Positions 1 through 10,958 of a stretch of DNA of 57,252 bases are shown here, piece after piece. Each line of letters begins with the position of its first letter. Position 1 is the stretch's first letter. Position numbers and translations under genes: made by a program. The DNA is taken from positions 1-57,252 of the IMG/VR virus record IMGVR_UViG_3300017987_000106, one strand, 5' to 3'. The notes beneath the pieces are model-generated. The model was not told the origin of the DNA. It saw only the letters and a program-made list of their open reading frames with translations, and did not search any database. Source of the stretch: a virus (lineage: Duplodnaviria; Caudoviricetes).

Positions 1-276
1 ATGGATGCCCTCATCGACATGGCGACGGCATCCCTCATTGCACACGTCGAGATCATGAAGGGCGGCGATCCTATCGACGTCTTCGAGGCTTTCGGCATCA
101 ACCTGCGGGACGGAGAGGGTGAGACCTACTTCGACTGGCGAGATGCCGACTACTACCGCGATCTCTCTCGGCAGATTCCGGCAGCCCAGTTCTCTGGGCC
201 CCAGGAAGACGACGAGGGGGACTACGAAGGGGCGGGCGGACTGTCGGCCTACTTCGAAGATGGGGACGACTACTGA
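1..276 (+). CDS. Hypothetical protein, acidic, probably 5'-truncated by the window edge
   Basis: ORF starts at base 1; its TGA overlaps the next ATG (TGATG). Confidence 0.55.
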   Translation: MDALIDMATASLIAHVEIMKGGDPIDVFEAFGINLRDGEGETYFDWRDADYYRDLSRQIPAAQFSGPQEDDEGDYEGAGGLSAYFEDGDDY

Positions 277-488
277 TGAATGTCAAAGTCGACAACAACA
301 ACGTCAAGCTGACCGAGAAGAACGACCGTATCGACCTCGATGTGACCCTTTCGTGGGACGTCATCTGGGGGGCGATGTACGCCATCAAGGAGTTCTTCCG
401 CTTCATCTTGCCCGGCGGGTACAAGGTTCCCATGAGGAAGCTCCAGCCGCGGCAAGCTGAGGAGAGGCCCAACCAAACGCTGCACTGA
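276..488 (+). CDS. Hypothetical protein (70 aa)
   Basis: TGATG coupling at both ends. Confidence 0.6.
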   Translation: MNVKVDNNNVKLTEKNDRIDLDVTLSWDVIWGAMYAIKEFFRFILPGGYKVPMRKLQPRQAEERPNQTLH

Positions 489-1303
489 TGCCAGGCAAGA
501 AGAAAATCAAGCGCCGGCAAGGCAAGAAGGACTGGCTTCAGGATATGCTCCGCCCGGCCAGCGCCAGCCAGCGTAAGGACATCACCAAGACTGCGCGTGG
601 GGTACCGCTCGATAGGATGTCTAGAGCTCAGCACGGGAAGATCTACGACCCCAGCTCGAAGCAGACTGGCACCTACGCCTTGTCCGACGAGCACGCTGAC
701 CAAGAGCTCGCCGAGGCAGTAGCTGAGGAGATGGCGGAAGACCGTTCTCGTCGGTGGATCGTCCGGGCCATCTTCGGGTTCCACCGCAACGACGACGAGA
801 CGATGACGATGCTCCGCAAGGTCGGGGTGTTTACTATCTTGCCCTCGGTTCCGCCGGCGGAGATGGAGCGTAGGCTCATCTTGATGCCATTCAGGGAGCG
901 GGAAGAGGCCGTCAAGGAAATCCTCGAGAAGTGGAAGAACATCCACGAGGGGAAGTACTTCTTCGTCGACGACAACCCTCCGCCCGGCAACAATCTTGCT
1001 CGGTTGGACAAGGGCGGCCTGCTCCAGCTCATGTTGACGCTCTGGAGGTCACACCCCATCAACACGATGGGAGACCTCGAGCTCGTCTACCCAGATGGGC
1101 ATATCGAGATCAAGGTCACCAGGGAGAAGCTCATCAACTCCACCGAGCGTGAGAAGCTGTTCGAGCACCTGAACCACGTCATGGAGCTCATGCGGCAGGG
1201 CTTCAAGTACGATCCTCGAGTCCACCTCGACAAGGGCAGCCACGAGGGTGTCTTGCGCCGAATGGGCAATCGAGGCCCGGAACCATGGAGTAGAGACAGA
1301 TGA
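488..1303 (+). CDS. Hypothetical protein (271 aa)
   Basis: Coupled to both neighbours (TGATG, ATGA); phage-like codon usage. Confidence 0.7.
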   Translation: MPGKKKIKRRQGKKDWLQDMLRPASASQRKDITKTARGVPLDRMSRAQHGKIYDPSSKQTGTYALSDEHADQELAEAVAEEMAEDRSRRWIVRAIFGFHRNDDETMTMLRKVGVFTILPSVPPAEMERRLILMPFREREEAVKEILEKWKNIHEGKYFFVDDNPPPGNNLARLDKGGLLQLMLTLWRSHPINTMGDLELVYPDGHIEIKVTREKLINSTEREKLFEHLNHVMELMRQGFKYDPRVHLDKGSHEGVLRRMGNRGPEPWSRDR

Positions 1304-1563
1304 GCGAGTGGCGTGTACAAACGAAGGTCTTCAACTACGATACATCGCCTGCTGAGGCGACGACGACGCTGACGCTGCAGACGGAGGCTGAGACAGTAGA
1401 GGCCTTCATCGAAGACGAAGCAGGCGGGATCGTCTCCCAGTGGAACGAGCACGTCACCACCGCAGACAAAGACCCACTTCGGAAGGGCGAGCGGGAGCTC
1501 ATCCGACAATTCCTCGCGTGGATGTATCATGGAGCGCCAAGTCCTCAACAACCCTCTGACTGA
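1300..1563 (+). CDS. Hypothetical protein (87 aa)
   Basis: ATGA overlap with the upstream gene. Confidence 0.55.
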   Translation: MSEWRVQTKVFNYDTSPAEATTTLTLQTEAETVEAFIEDEAGGIVSQWNEHVTTADKDPLRKGERELIRQFLAWMYHGAPSPQQPSD

Positions 1564-1963
1564 GATCCAGACTACCCTCGCAGCTCGGGTGAACATGTTC
1601 TTCGTCGCGAGGGAGACGATACTTCAGCACGCTCTCGACGGAGCCCAGAACCTCCCTGCTGGCCGTTGGGTCATGATCATCCAGAGGAGACGGAAGCACA
1701 CCAACGACGAGTACTTGTGCCAGGACCTGATCGTTGCAGCGCCAGGGGTCTACGATCCAGAAGGCAAGCTCAATGGGGCAAGGCGCCTCTACTCAAAGCG
1801 CGGGTTCCGACTCCTGGTCGTTCCTATCGGCAAAGAGCTCGAGTACTTCAGAAAAGTTGCTACCTCCGCCAGGCTCTTCCACAAGGCCATCGGGAACGAA
1901 GAGCTATCCCCCGCCCGGAAGAAACGACTCCCTGCTCGCCGCCGGCGGGCGAAGTCTCCTTGA
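1529..1963 (+). CDS. Hypothetical basic protein (start uncertain)
   Basis: ORF fills the gap before the tail module. Confidence 0.5.
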   Translation: MERQVLNNPLTEIQTTLAARVNMFFVARETILQHALDGAQNLPAGRWVMIIQRRRKHTNDEYLCQDLIVAAPGVYDPEGKLNGARRLYSKRGFRLLVVPIGKELEYFRKVATSARLFHKAIGNEELSPARKKRLPARRRRAKSP

Positions 1964-1988
1964 AGAAAGCTACCTCAGAGTACATACT
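1960..1988 (+). promoter_or_regulatory. Possible sigma70-type promoter upstream of the tape-measure gene
   Basis: TTGAAG-17 nt-CATACT, followed by a GGAGG SD before GTG 2021. Confidence 0.3.
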
Positions 1989-2020
1989 GTATCCGTCAAC
2001 TCTGACCGTGGAGGCTCTAC

Positions 2021-5000
2021 GTGGCCAATGGTTACGACGAATACGACCCCTACGGATACAATGAGTATCCGGCTGAGTGGGGTGCTGGTGGAGGGATGGA
2101 CCTACCTCCAATGGGCGGTGAGACCTCTTTCGGGGAGGAGCTCAGCGCCGGTGCGGTGTCCGGCGTTGCTGGTATAGGCCTACCAGCTATGGGCTTTGGT
2201 CTCGTTGCCCTGAATGAATGGCGCGAGATGGGCTCCAACAGGGTCGCCGACAAGGTCGGGGGTTGGGCCAGAGGTGCACGCGGAGGGCGCGGTATCCCAG
2301 GTCTTAGGAACCTCCGTGGCCAGGGTATGGGCGACATGATGGGGATTCGCCCTGGCTGGAGAGCTGGTAGGTCCATCGGCCGCTTGGGTTCTGCCGCTCG
2401 AGGGGTTCAAGGAGCTGGGGCCACAGCCAAGATAGCTAGGGGGTTCGGTACTGCTATCAAGATCGGCGGCAAAATCCCCGGAATGGCAGCTCTCGGCGTT
2501 GGAGCCGGCGTTGCTGGCGCAGCGATCGGGTTCGGCGTGGCGATGGCCCCTATGATGGCTATCGAGGCTGGCGTAGGGTACATCGCCGAGAACATGATGG
2601 AGGGGGCTGAGAGCTACTCAGTCACCAACCGCATGATGGAATCGATGGGGGAGATGGCCACGGGGGCGACGTTCGGCTCGCAGTCCATACTCGAGGGCGG
2701 ATCAGGGTGGGGAAGTGGGGCTATCCGAGATTGGACGATGGCCGGGGGGCACAGGGATGTCACAGCCGCGTCAAAGATGTCTGGGTTGGGACGGCAGGGC
2801 ATAACAGACCTCGGCGGGGCGATGATGAGCTCCGGTATGCTCGGCAACGTCGGCGGACCCGACGAGTTCATGACCAAGTTCAGAAACAAGCTGCAGCAGG
2901 TCCAAAAGCTCAGCCAGACCTTGGACGTCTCCATCAATGAGGCGACCCAGGTCATGGCCGAGATGACCAAGGCAGGGGTCAGCGGTGACGAACAAGGGCG
3001 CTTGGGGGCATATGCGGGCACAGTCTCGTCCTTGACCGGGAGGTCTTTCGGGACGGTCATGCAGCACGGCCTACAAGGGGCCCAGATGGCGACCCAGGTC
3101 GGGCTGACCGCAGATCAGGGGATGGGGTTGAGCATGGCCAACCTCAGTTCGGTTTCCACTCTAGGAGGGCTGGGCGCCCTGGATCAGGGCCTGTTGAACA
3201 GAGTAGGTGGAGAGCAGGCCCTCGCTCAGCGTCTCACGTCGATATCCCTGAACATGTCCAGGTCCTACCGCGGCCAGCAGCTGATGTCGCGGTTGGCAAA
3301 TGAAGAGGGAACTGGGTTCGATTTTGAGCGTCTCAGCAGCGTCACTGGTGGTGGAAGAGGGGGTAGTCGGAGGAGACTCGATCCTTATGCCATGGACGAC
3401 CTCGCCCAAGAGTTCCGAGAGAATGAGGGGCAGATCGTCCTGGGGCAAATACAGCGACTTCGGGCCAGGCACGGCGAAGGAAGAGACTTCAACAGACAGC
3501 AGTACCAGCTCCTCGCCGGCCTCGGAATCAGCGATCCGCAGGAGCAGTTGGCCTACTTGCAGAATCTGAGAACAGCTCCGGTTATGCAGGTCATGGAGTC
3601 TCAGCAGCAGCGCCGAGACCAGTGGTCACAGACACAGGGTCAAGCAGGCTACTCCAATGATAGTTGGATCTCACAGGCGTGGGATACGACTCTCAGTACG
3701 CTGACTGGGCAGGGGTCGGAAGACTGGAGTCGAATACTCGACGAGCACATCGGTGAGCCTGTTCGTAAATTCGGCCGCCAGTTTGCGCAGGCTATGGAGG
3801 AGGCCGGAGACCAGATCTCCAGGTTCGTGCATGGCCGGCAGTCTACTGACGTCGGACCCCTCAGGCTTGGAGCCGAGGCCATCTCTGACTATTCGCGAGA
3901 CATCTGGCGCGGGAATGTGCATCGGAGTATGAGCTCACAAGACGTGGTCGAAAGGAGAGAACAAGTAGGTTGGGGGGCTGAGAGAGACTTCAGAGGGTGG
4001 TGGGGTCGCAACAGCCCCTTTGGTGGCGAACCAGATACCCGCTTGGCTGCTCGGGGGATTGAGGCGATCAGTACGGGCCAAATCTCTGAGCGGATGATGC
4101 GCGATATGGGCATCACAATGTACGGCGAGGCAGCTTTGGATGAGGAGGCTCTGTCCCGCTACGAGTCTGAGGGCAGGCTCATCAATCGGGAGGCCGTCGA
4201 CCTTCCAGGGTACCAAGGTGCTTCCGATACTGGGTACCTGGTGGCCAGTTCGCAGAGGGGCCGGATGGCGTTCGAGCGCGAGCTCCTACAGCAAGGCAGG
4301 GGGGCCAGAAGAGGAACCGTGCGGCGCTTCGGTCGCCTGTTGGAGGGGTCTCTCGGCGGTGACGTCATGACACGTATCCAAGAGGCCACTGAGGAGGGCG
4401 GAGCTGCCGGGTATTACCAAGCCGTCGGAGAGGAGTTGGGGCTGGGCGGGGACATGAGTACCTACAGTACTAGCGACCGTAGGACTATTGAGAGGATTGC
4501 GCAGGAGTTCATGCCGACGGAGGTTAGGGAAGGAGCCAACATAACTGCGGCTGGGGTGACCACCGAGTCCTACAATGCACAGCAAGCAGCCGGCATTGCC
4601 CAGGATTTGGTCTACGATATTGCCGGTATTGACCGCAGGCGCGCTGAGGATCGCCGAGGCCAGCAGCAGTGGCTGACAGGAGGAATGGGCATACAGACAG
4701 CTGGCGGCGGAGTGTACATGGGCAACGCGATGTACAGCGGGGTAGTACAGAACAACGAGGCTCGGGAGCGTAGGTTCAACGAGGCTGAGACTATCCGCTT
4801 CGAGCAGCAGATACAGGGGGCTATTGAAACGCAAGCTGGTAGGGACTACCTCCAGTGGGTAGCGGCTGAGGCAGAGGTAGCGCAAGAGTTCGGGGTGGAC
4901 GTAAGCGGCTTCGGGCGCAATGCTGGGCGCGGCGAAGGCCAAGGTGAACTGTCTGCCAGATACGACCGCAGGCAGAGACTGATGACCGGACGAGGTCTGA

Positions 5001-6490
5001 CCCAAGGTCAGATCGAGGAGATGGTCAATCAACCGTGGGTGTCTGAGGAGTTCAGAGACGAGTTCTTGGCCGACGTAGAAGTGCGTCGGGAAGAGATCAT
5101 GGTCATGGACCGTGACACCCAGCTGATGACTGGAACTGGGCAGTATCAGAATGTCCGCCGTGTTTCCAACACGATGGCCTACAGATACGCAGCTCTCGAG
5201 GACGCGGCTATCCGACAATCTGGTGACTTCATGGTCATCAACTCAGACGAGGAAGCGTCTGACCGCCTGGACAGGCTGGTTATGGAAGGGCGTCCAGATT
5301 CGGACCAGGCTACCAGACTCCTACTCGCTGGGTTCAATCCTACAAGCGAGACTGACAGAGAGCGCGTTCGTGGGCAAGTTGGCGAGGCTGCGTACACGGC
5401 TTGGTTGGACCTCGGTGCAGACTTTGAGCAGAACACGGCGATGGGGCAGATTGTAGGGGAGCACAGGCGAACTCTGATGACCACTGGAGGGATAAGCCCA
5501 GAGCTGGATAGGGCGATTACGAGTCAGATGGGGAGTCGCGGTACCCTACTAGCCGATATTGTCCAAGAAGCTGAGTCGACTGCCGTCAGCGCAGCCAGAT
5601 CTGAGCTCCTGATAAACGAATCTGAGGATTTTCGGAGGAGGGTCGAGGACCGGCTTGTTTCTGCTTATGGAACTGAGCGAGATAGGGAGGGAGACATGCC
5701 GGTGTTGGGCACGGAAGCCCAGCGGTTTTTGGAGGTCATGGGTGGGGCCGATATCAGCGTCGGCGAAGGAAACATGGCTGACGTCAATACGATCGTCAAC
5801 GAGGAGGTCGCGTCTACCAGGGCACGCCGTTTGAGAGAGGAGCGAGCTCGGCTAGAGGAGTCTGGAGAGTTTACAGAAGAGGCCTGGGTCGCTACCCAAC
5901 AGGGCATTGATCGAGAGATGGAGTCCCTCAGAGAAACCCGGACTGAGCAGATGACGCAGACGGACTACGACCTGACGTTGGAGCAGGCGATGTACGTCAG
6001 CGGCCAGAGAATGGGACAAGGAGGCCTGGACGCTGGAGAGCAGATCGTCATCAGCGAGCTCGGAGCTGGTGGAGAGGCTCTGATTCAGCTCTCGGAGGCT
6101 CTCTACGGGGAGAACAGAGCGAACCAAGAGCAGCTCGAGAACATGCTCACGAGTATGCCCTTCGGAGAGGAGGCCCTGAACGCTATGCTCGAGGACTTCG
6201 CGACGGAAGGCGACACGCGCGAAGAGCAGATTGCTAATTTGGCCGAGCAGATGCGAGAAGACCCCGGGGCCCGAGAGCAGATCTTCTCATCCCTGGTTGG
6301 CCGGGCAGTAGGTTCCGGATTCATGAGCACAGATATGATTCAGGACAAGGCTACGGAAGAAAGGGAGAGACAGAACAACGAGTACCTCGAGGCCATGGCT
6401 GGCAACTTCGATGTCTTCAGCCGCACGTACAACGAGACTGTTGACGGTAATAGGCTCGTCGATGTGCGGGTCAGAGTCGACGACTCGTAG
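2021..6490 (+). CDS. Tail tape measure-like protein (1489 aa)
   Basis: Very long, G/A/M-rich, helical protein with hydrophobic N-terminal segments (GVGAGVAGAAIGFGVAMAP). Lies directly upstream of baseplate genes. GGAGG SD. Confidence 0.7.
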   Translation: MANGYDEYDPYGYNEYPAEWGAGGGMDLPPMGGETSFGEELSAGAVSGVAGIGLPAMGFGLVALNEWREMGSNRVADKVGGWARGARGGRGIPGLRNLRGQGMGDMMGIRPGWRAGRSIGRLGSAARGVQGAGATAKIARGFGTAIKIGGKIPGMAALGVGAGVAGAAIGFGVAMAPMMAIEAGVGYIAENMMEGAESYSVTNRMMESMGEMATGATFGSQSILEGGSGWGSGAIRDWTMAGGHRDVTAASKMSGLGRQGITDLGGAMMSSGMLGNVGGPDEFMTKFRNKLQQVQKLSQTLDVSINEATQVMAEMTKAGVSGDEQGRLGAYAGTVSSLTGRSFGTVMQHGLQGAQMATQVGLTADQGMGLSMANLSSVSTLGGLGALDQGLLNRVGGEQALAQRLTSISLNMSRSYRGQQLMSRLANEEGTGFDFERLSSVTGGGRGGSRRRLDPYAMDDLAQEFRENEGQIVLGQIQRLRARHGEGRDFNRQQYQLLAGLGISDPQEQLAYLQNLRTAPVMQVMESQQQRRDQWSQTQGQAGYSNDSWISQAWDTTLSTLTGQGSEDWSRILDEHIGEPVRKFGRQFAQAMEEAGDQISRFVHGRQSTDVGPLRLGAEAISDYSRDIWRGNVHRSMSSQDVVERREQVGWGAERDFRGWWGRNSPFGGEPDTRLAARGIEAISTGQISERMMRDMGITMYGEAALDEEALSRYESEGRLINREAVDLPGYQGASDTGYLVASSQRGRMAFERELLQQGRGARRGTVRRFGRLLEGSLGGDVMTRIQEATEEGGAAGYYQAVGEELGLGGDMSTYSTSDRRTIERIAQEFMPTEVREGANITAAGVTTESYNAQQAAGIAQDLVYDIAGIDRRRAEDRRGQQQWLTGGMGIQTAGGGVYMGNAMYSGVVQNNEARERRFNEAETIRFEQQIQGAIETQAGRDYLQWVAAEAEVAQEFGVDVSGFGRNAGRGEGQGELSARYDRRQRLMTGRGLTQGQIEEMVNQPWVSEEFRDEFLADVEVRREEIMVMDRDTQLMTGTGQYQNVRRVSNTMAYRYAALEDAAIRQSGDFMVINSDEEASDRLDRLVMEGRPDSDQATRLLLAGFNPTSETDRERVRGQVGEAAYTAWLDLGADFEQNTAMGQIVGEHRRTLMTTGGISPELDRAITSQMGSRGTLLADIVQEAESTAVSAARSELLINESEDFRRRVEDRLVSAYGTERDREGDMPVLGTEAQRFLEVMGGADISVGEGNMADVNTIVNEEVASTRARRLREERARLEESGEFTEEAWVATQQGIDREMESLRETRTEQMTQTDYDLTLEQAMYVSGQRMGQGGLDAGEQIVISELGAGGEALIQLSEALYGENRANQEQLENMLTSMPFGEEALNAMLEDFATEGDTREEQIANLAEQMREDPGAREQIFSSLVGRAVGSGFMSTDMIQDKATEERERQNNEYLEAMAGNFDVFSRTYNETVDGNRLVDVRVRVDDS

Positions 6491-6498
6491 GGGGTGTA

Positions 6499-6720
6499 AT
6501 GTCAGCATATACAGTCTTGTCAGAGGTGCGTGTCTCGTTCGATCGCGGTACGGCCGTCCAGCGGTCCTACAATCGCCTGTCAGTCGATTTTGTCTGCCAG
6601 AACTGGATACGGACAGCCGTTCGCGGGATCAAGCTGGGCAGGAAGCCCCTCATACCACCTCTTAGGAGGAACCTTCGCCTGCCGCTTCTTCGCCGCTTTA
6701 ACGAGTCGGAGGTCTTGTAG
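6499..6720 (+). CDS. Small basic hypothetical protein (73 aa)
   Basis: Fills the gap exactly; its TAG overlaps the next GTG. Confidence 0.5.
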   Translation: MSAYTVLSEVRVSFDRGTAVQRSYNRLSVDFVCQNWIRTAVRGIKLGRKPLIPPLRRNLRLPLLRRFNESEVL

Positions 6721-7868
6721 TGCCGCAGCTCTACACGTTTTTGGACTTTGAGCCATTCGACCCTGGTGAGGTCAGGAGGGCTATCGATGAGGGCCGCGAT
6801 GTCGACATACCCGTCCGTCGGCCGTTCATGGGCCTGGAGATCAACCGTGAGACCCACGCTACCCTGCACATCTTGTTCAAGGACTTGAATGCTGGAGAGA
6901 TGATTAACTCGAGCGACGTGGCAGGATCCAGCTACGGTACTTCGAACTTCGTCATCACGCATGTGACCCACGCCCGGAATGAGCGCATCCAGATCTCTGA
7001 CTCGTTCGCGAACCTATACTTGCACACATACGGCGAGCAGCCGAAGATGTTGACTGTCCGGGGAGTCCTGCTGAAATCGAAGAACTTCCCGTGGAAGACA
7101 GAGTGGCTCTACAACTACGATCGCGTCTTTAGGGCAAGCAGGACGATCGAAGATGCAGCGCGCGTGTACTTGACAGTTGAGGAGACTATCTACGAGGGGC
7201 ACATGCTCTCCTGTCAGGTCGTCGACCAGGCGGACACGCCCAATATGTCTCCGATGCAGTTCGTGATGCTGCTGACGAACGTCATCTATGCCGACCCCCC
7301 AGGCGCTGCTGCCTTCGGTCCAGTAGATGCCGATTTCGGTAGCTCTACTCGAGCTTCGTCTTCTGAGTACGTGAACGCGTATGGTCAGAACCTCACCGAG
7401 AACCTGTACTCATTCGACGAGCACGGCAATATCGTTGTTGAAAGTCGCGAACGCGTCCAAGCCGAAGAGCTCGAGGCCCGCTTGGCGCAGGAGGCGGCCA
7501 TCACGGCGCTGGCTAACGACCTTATGGAGCGCCTCATCAATCACCCACTGTACCCAGGTATCCACCCTGATTCACGTCAGGCGCGGGCGCGCGAGCTGGT
7601 AGAGCACACCATGAATACGGCACGCGAATTGATAGAGTCTGGGAGAGATGCTGCTGAAAGTGCCTTCGAGGAGATGTCAGGGTGGGTCAGCGGACGGGAC
7701 AGAGGCGACCAATCTTCCAGGCGGAGACGCGTCAACGACGGGCGTTCCCATGGTGGCGATACTGACACGTCGGATATCAACAGCGAGCCTCTGATCACCG
7801 AAGAGGAGCTGGCCGGTATCAACCAGGCGATGGATGAGCTGTTCCCCGGTGGCGGGTTTGAGTGGTAG
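6720..7868 (+). CDS. Putative baseplate/tail-tube initiator-like protein with acidic C-terminal extension
   Basis: Position between tape measure and hub; beta-rich N-domain (ISDSFANLYLHTYGEQPKMLTVRGVLL). Confidence 0.4.
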   Translation: MPQLYTFLDFEPFDPGEVRRAIDEGRDVDIPVRRPFMGLEINRETHATLHILFKDLNAGEMINSSDVAGSSYGTSNFVITHVTHARNERIQISDSFANLYLHTYGEQPKMLTVRGVLLKSKNFPWKTEWLYNYDRVFRASRTIEDAARVYLTVEETIYEGHMLSCQVVDQADTPNMSPMQFVMLLTNVIYADPPGAAAFGPVDADFGSSTRASSSEYVNAYGQNLTENLYSFDEHGNIVVESRERVQAEELEARLAQEAAITALANDLMERLINHPLYPGIHPDSRQARARELVEHTMNTARELIESGRDAAESAFEEMSGWVSGRDRGDQSSRRRRVNDGRSHGGDTDTSDINSEPLITEEELAGINQAMDELFPGGGFEW

Positions 7869-7874
7869 GTTGCT

Positions 7875-10800
7875 ATGGGCCTCGATGGCGGAAAGGTTGA
7901 CGTAAAGGTCTTCGTAGAGGGGGTCGAGATCCCCGTACTTGGGGTGAGTGTCACTGAGAGACTGGGGGGCGTAGCTCAAGCCAATATTGCTGTTCCCTAC
8001 ATCCGCGCGCTCAAAGACATCTTGGTCAGGTCCTTGGTCCACATCTTCTACTACGACGAGACAGAGATCATGTTCTGGCCGCACGACGTGCCGGAAGGAA
8101 CTCCGCCAGAAGATGTCTTCCCCCCGCCTGAGATAGACGAGGGGCTCAATCTACACCACTACAAGCTCTTGTTTTGGGGGGAACTTGCCGGTGTCAGCCG
8201 CATGGAGTCTGCAGCGCAATCTCAAGGATCTATGACCTGCTTGGGTTTTTCGAACTACTACGACACGATCAAACAGGTGTCTGCTCTTAGGGGCCGCGGT
8301 ACTCTGTCCGACGTCGAGAGGCGGTTTGCCGGAATCGAGAACGAGGTGAGCACGGGCAGCTCTGGTCAGTATTCTACAGCAGATAGGATTACGCAGCTCT
8401 TGCGAGAGGGGTCCCAGAGAACGATTCCAGCATCTACTACGTATGAGGGGCAGGTGGCGTCCATAATCCGCCAGCGAGCAGCCGAGGGAGGCGATACCCC
8501 AAGCCCAGGAGCGATCCACACAGAGGGCATCCCATTCGTCAACTCTGCTTCCATATACAACGGGCTCAGGGAGCGAGGCGTAGACCTCCCGAGAGACTAC
8601 ATCCGCAGATATGGGAGAATGATGCGGGCCTGGAACGAGGGTGGCGAAGAGGCGATGGTAGCTGCTGCTACCCATGCCCTGCGCACTGAGGAGAGGACGG
8701 TAGGAGATTCAGCAGACTTCCAGACTGGCCTGAGAGCTCTCATCAGAGAGTTCATTGAGGGGACCAACGAGTTCTACAGAAACAGGTCTGACGTCATCCG
8801 CCTACCAGACATGCTCAAGGCCATTCCTAACGACGACTCTGCTGAGAGCTTGATGAACTTGGACGTCTTCAAGCGGTTTATGCGCCAGACTATTGGTGGG
8901 CGCGGCATTTATACGATCAGACAGGTATTGCAGATCGTTGGTCGCCACCTTTTCCACGACCACGTGGAACATGCTACTCCGACCTACTTCCCGTTCATCT
9001 CGCGAAGGGCTCAACAAGCCCTAGAGAGAGACGAGATGGACGAGGCAGAGGCCGTCGTAGACAGGGATGAGCAAGTAGACGAGGTGTCAGGGATCGTGTT
9101 CAAGCCAGAGCTTTGGTGGTCTTGCCCACCGGCGTGCAACGTCTTGTTCCCGAGCCACTACGGGTCTATCCAAGACGGGCATAATCAGATTGCAGAACCT
9201 ACCAGGACCCTGCTGAAGATCTCTCCTGGGGTTTCTGGATCCAGGAACACCATCGCCGACGACTTCTTTGCACCAGACCTACAGTCTTTGAACTCTCTGG
9301 CCTTGGAGACCGAAACGTCGTCGCAGGAAGTGTTTCAGCTGCCATACGAGCGTTTTCGTGGCATCAACTACAATGTGGTGATGATGGGGGAGGAACTAGC
9401 TCGCCTATCTCGCAGAGACGGCTACCAGGACTACATGCGGTCCTATGCGCAGTTCACGCACTGGAAGTCCGTCTACCACTCTCGTACTGTGCAGGTTAAC
9501 TCCCAACGTCTACTCCCGTGGGTCCTAGTTGGCTACCCAGCTGTCGCCATTGACAAGAACATCGTCGAGCGCGCTGAGCCTGTGGACGACCCCTACCTCG
9601 AGGAGAGGATGTTGTTGAGGCGGGAGCTGGCTGCTTTACGGAGGTGCCTGCGCCGCCTACGTGCTCGCAGGAGGGCTCTCCTAGAAGAGTTGAGCCGGGC
9701 AGAGGCGAATGCCAACTACATCGAATGGATCAACAACAACCGCCCTGCCGTGTACGCTGGGGATGAGAGGTGGAGTGAGACCCAAACAGAGGACATCGTC
9801 GTAGATTCTGAGGACCCATTCGGTTTGGTGACACCGACCCCCGCATTTAATATGACCGCTGCGTCTATTCGCGCTAGAGACTTGGATCCTGGAGAGACAA
9901 CGGGGGATCCGGTCAATGTCGTGCCAGCGTACCACGAAGAGACTCTGAGGAATGCTCTTGGAGACTCTGCCCAACCCATCGTGCAAGTTGAGGGCAACAT
10001 CTCTTTGAACACCCTGCACGAGGATGCTGCGGATACCCTGTCCGGCATGAGCTCTAGCAATAGCAGCTATGTAGATCGGCTGCGCGCGCAGATTGCTCGT
10101 CTCGATGCGCTCATTGCTCGCGTTACCAGGGCCATCCGAGAGCTTCGAGATCGTCTTTTGGAGCTCGGGTGGGACCTCGGAACCTACGAGCACACGCTAT
10201 TCTACGTCGAGAGCAAGACCATCACCATCAACAAGGGCTCTGTCGCCACCAGCATCGGGGGGAGATTCGCGCACGCGCACGACGAAGATATCGACTACGA
10301 CGGAACTCGCGGAGACACTTTCGAGAATATCATCAAAACTGGTCCCGGAGAGTTCTTCTCAGACAACTACTCCTCCGACCAAATCGGAGCCAACTTCTAC
10401 CTCCCGACGTACGGAGTGAAGTCCTTGATCGACCACGCTGTCGAGCTGCAGCCGCTGACCGAGCATGAAGACGACGCCCTCGACGACGAGATTCTCACAG
10501 AGGCCGACGAAGAGCTCCCGTACTGGCGCGAGGTTCTCAGGGACGTGTGCCAACGTGACTTCGACGCTACGACAGCGGCTGAGGGGATGAGCATCGAAGA
10601 CGCCCTGGAGATCCTCGTGGAGGTGTACCGCAGTATTGGGTTGAACACGCGGGATGTCGAGTCGTTTGTTTCCCACTTCGTCGCCCGCCCAATCGCGACC
10701 ATCGTTGACATATTGGGGGCCGACATTCTTGAGGGAGATCCTACCGTAGATGCCTCGTACCTGTACGGCAACTATCAGGGTTCACAGCTCAATGCCGGTG

Positions 10801-10958
10801 CCGGATACCACCAGTTTGCCTTCCTAGCCGAGGATGAAACGTTTGACATGTCCGGGCTCGAAGGGCGAGAATCAGACCAACTTCACGTCGCTACACTGCG
10901 GCGGAGTCGTGTGCTGGACTACGTTAGGGAGATGACCTCCAGGGACTTCACAGAATGA
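7875..10958 (+). CDS. Putative baseplate hub protein (gp27/gpD-like) with large insertions (1027 aa)
   Basis: N-terminal VKVFVEGVEIPVLGVSVTERLGGVAQANIAVP...LLFWGEL resembles hub proteins; synteny agrees. Confidence 0.5.
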   Translation: MGLDGGKVDVKVFVEGVEIPVLGVSVTERLGGVAQANIAVPYIRALKDILVRSLVHIFYYDETEIMFWPHDVPEGTPPEDVFPPPEIDEGLNLHHYKLLFWGELAGVSRMESAAQSQGSMTCLGFSNYYDTIKQVSALRGRGTLSDVERRFAGIENEVSTGSSGQYSTADRITQLLREGSQRTIPASTTYEGQVASIIRQRAAEGGDTPSPGAIHTEGIPFVNSASIYNGLRERGVDLPRDYIRRYGRMMRAWNEGGEEAMVAAATHALRTEERTVGDSADFQTGLRALIREFIEGTNEFYRNRSDVIRLPDMLKAIPNDDSAESLMNLDVFKRFMRQTIGGRGIYTIRQVLQIVGRHLFHDHVEHATPTYFPFISRRAQQALERDEMDEAEAVVDRDEQVDEVSGIVFKPELWWSCPPACNVLFPSHYGSIQDGHNQIAEPTRTLLKISPGVSGSRNTIADDFFAPDLQSLNSLALETETSSQEVFQLPYERFRGINYNVVMMGEELARLSRRDGYQDYMRSYAQFTHWKSVYHSRTVQVNSQRLLPWVLVGYPAVAIDKNIVERAEPVDDPYLEERMLLRRELAALRRCLRRLRARRRALLEELSRAEANANYIEWINNNRPAVYAGDERWSETQTEDIVVDSEDPFGLVTPTPAFNMTAASIRARDLDPGETTGDPVNVVPAYHEETLRNALGDSAQPIVQVEGNISLNTLHEDAADTLSGMSSSNSSYVDRLRAQIARLDALIARVTRAIRELRDRLLELGWDLGTYEHTLFYVESKTITINKGSVATSIGGRFAHAHDEDIDYDGTRGDTFENIIKTGPGEFFSDNYSSDQIGANFYLPTYGVKSLIDHAVELQPLTEHEDDALDDEILTEADEELPYWREVLRDVCQRDFDATTAAEGMSIEDALEILVEVYRSIGLNTRDVESFVSHFVARPIATIVDILGADILEGDPTVDASYLYGNYQGSQLNAGAGYHQFAFLAEDETFDMSGLEGRESDQLHVATLRRSRVLDYVREMTSRDFTE

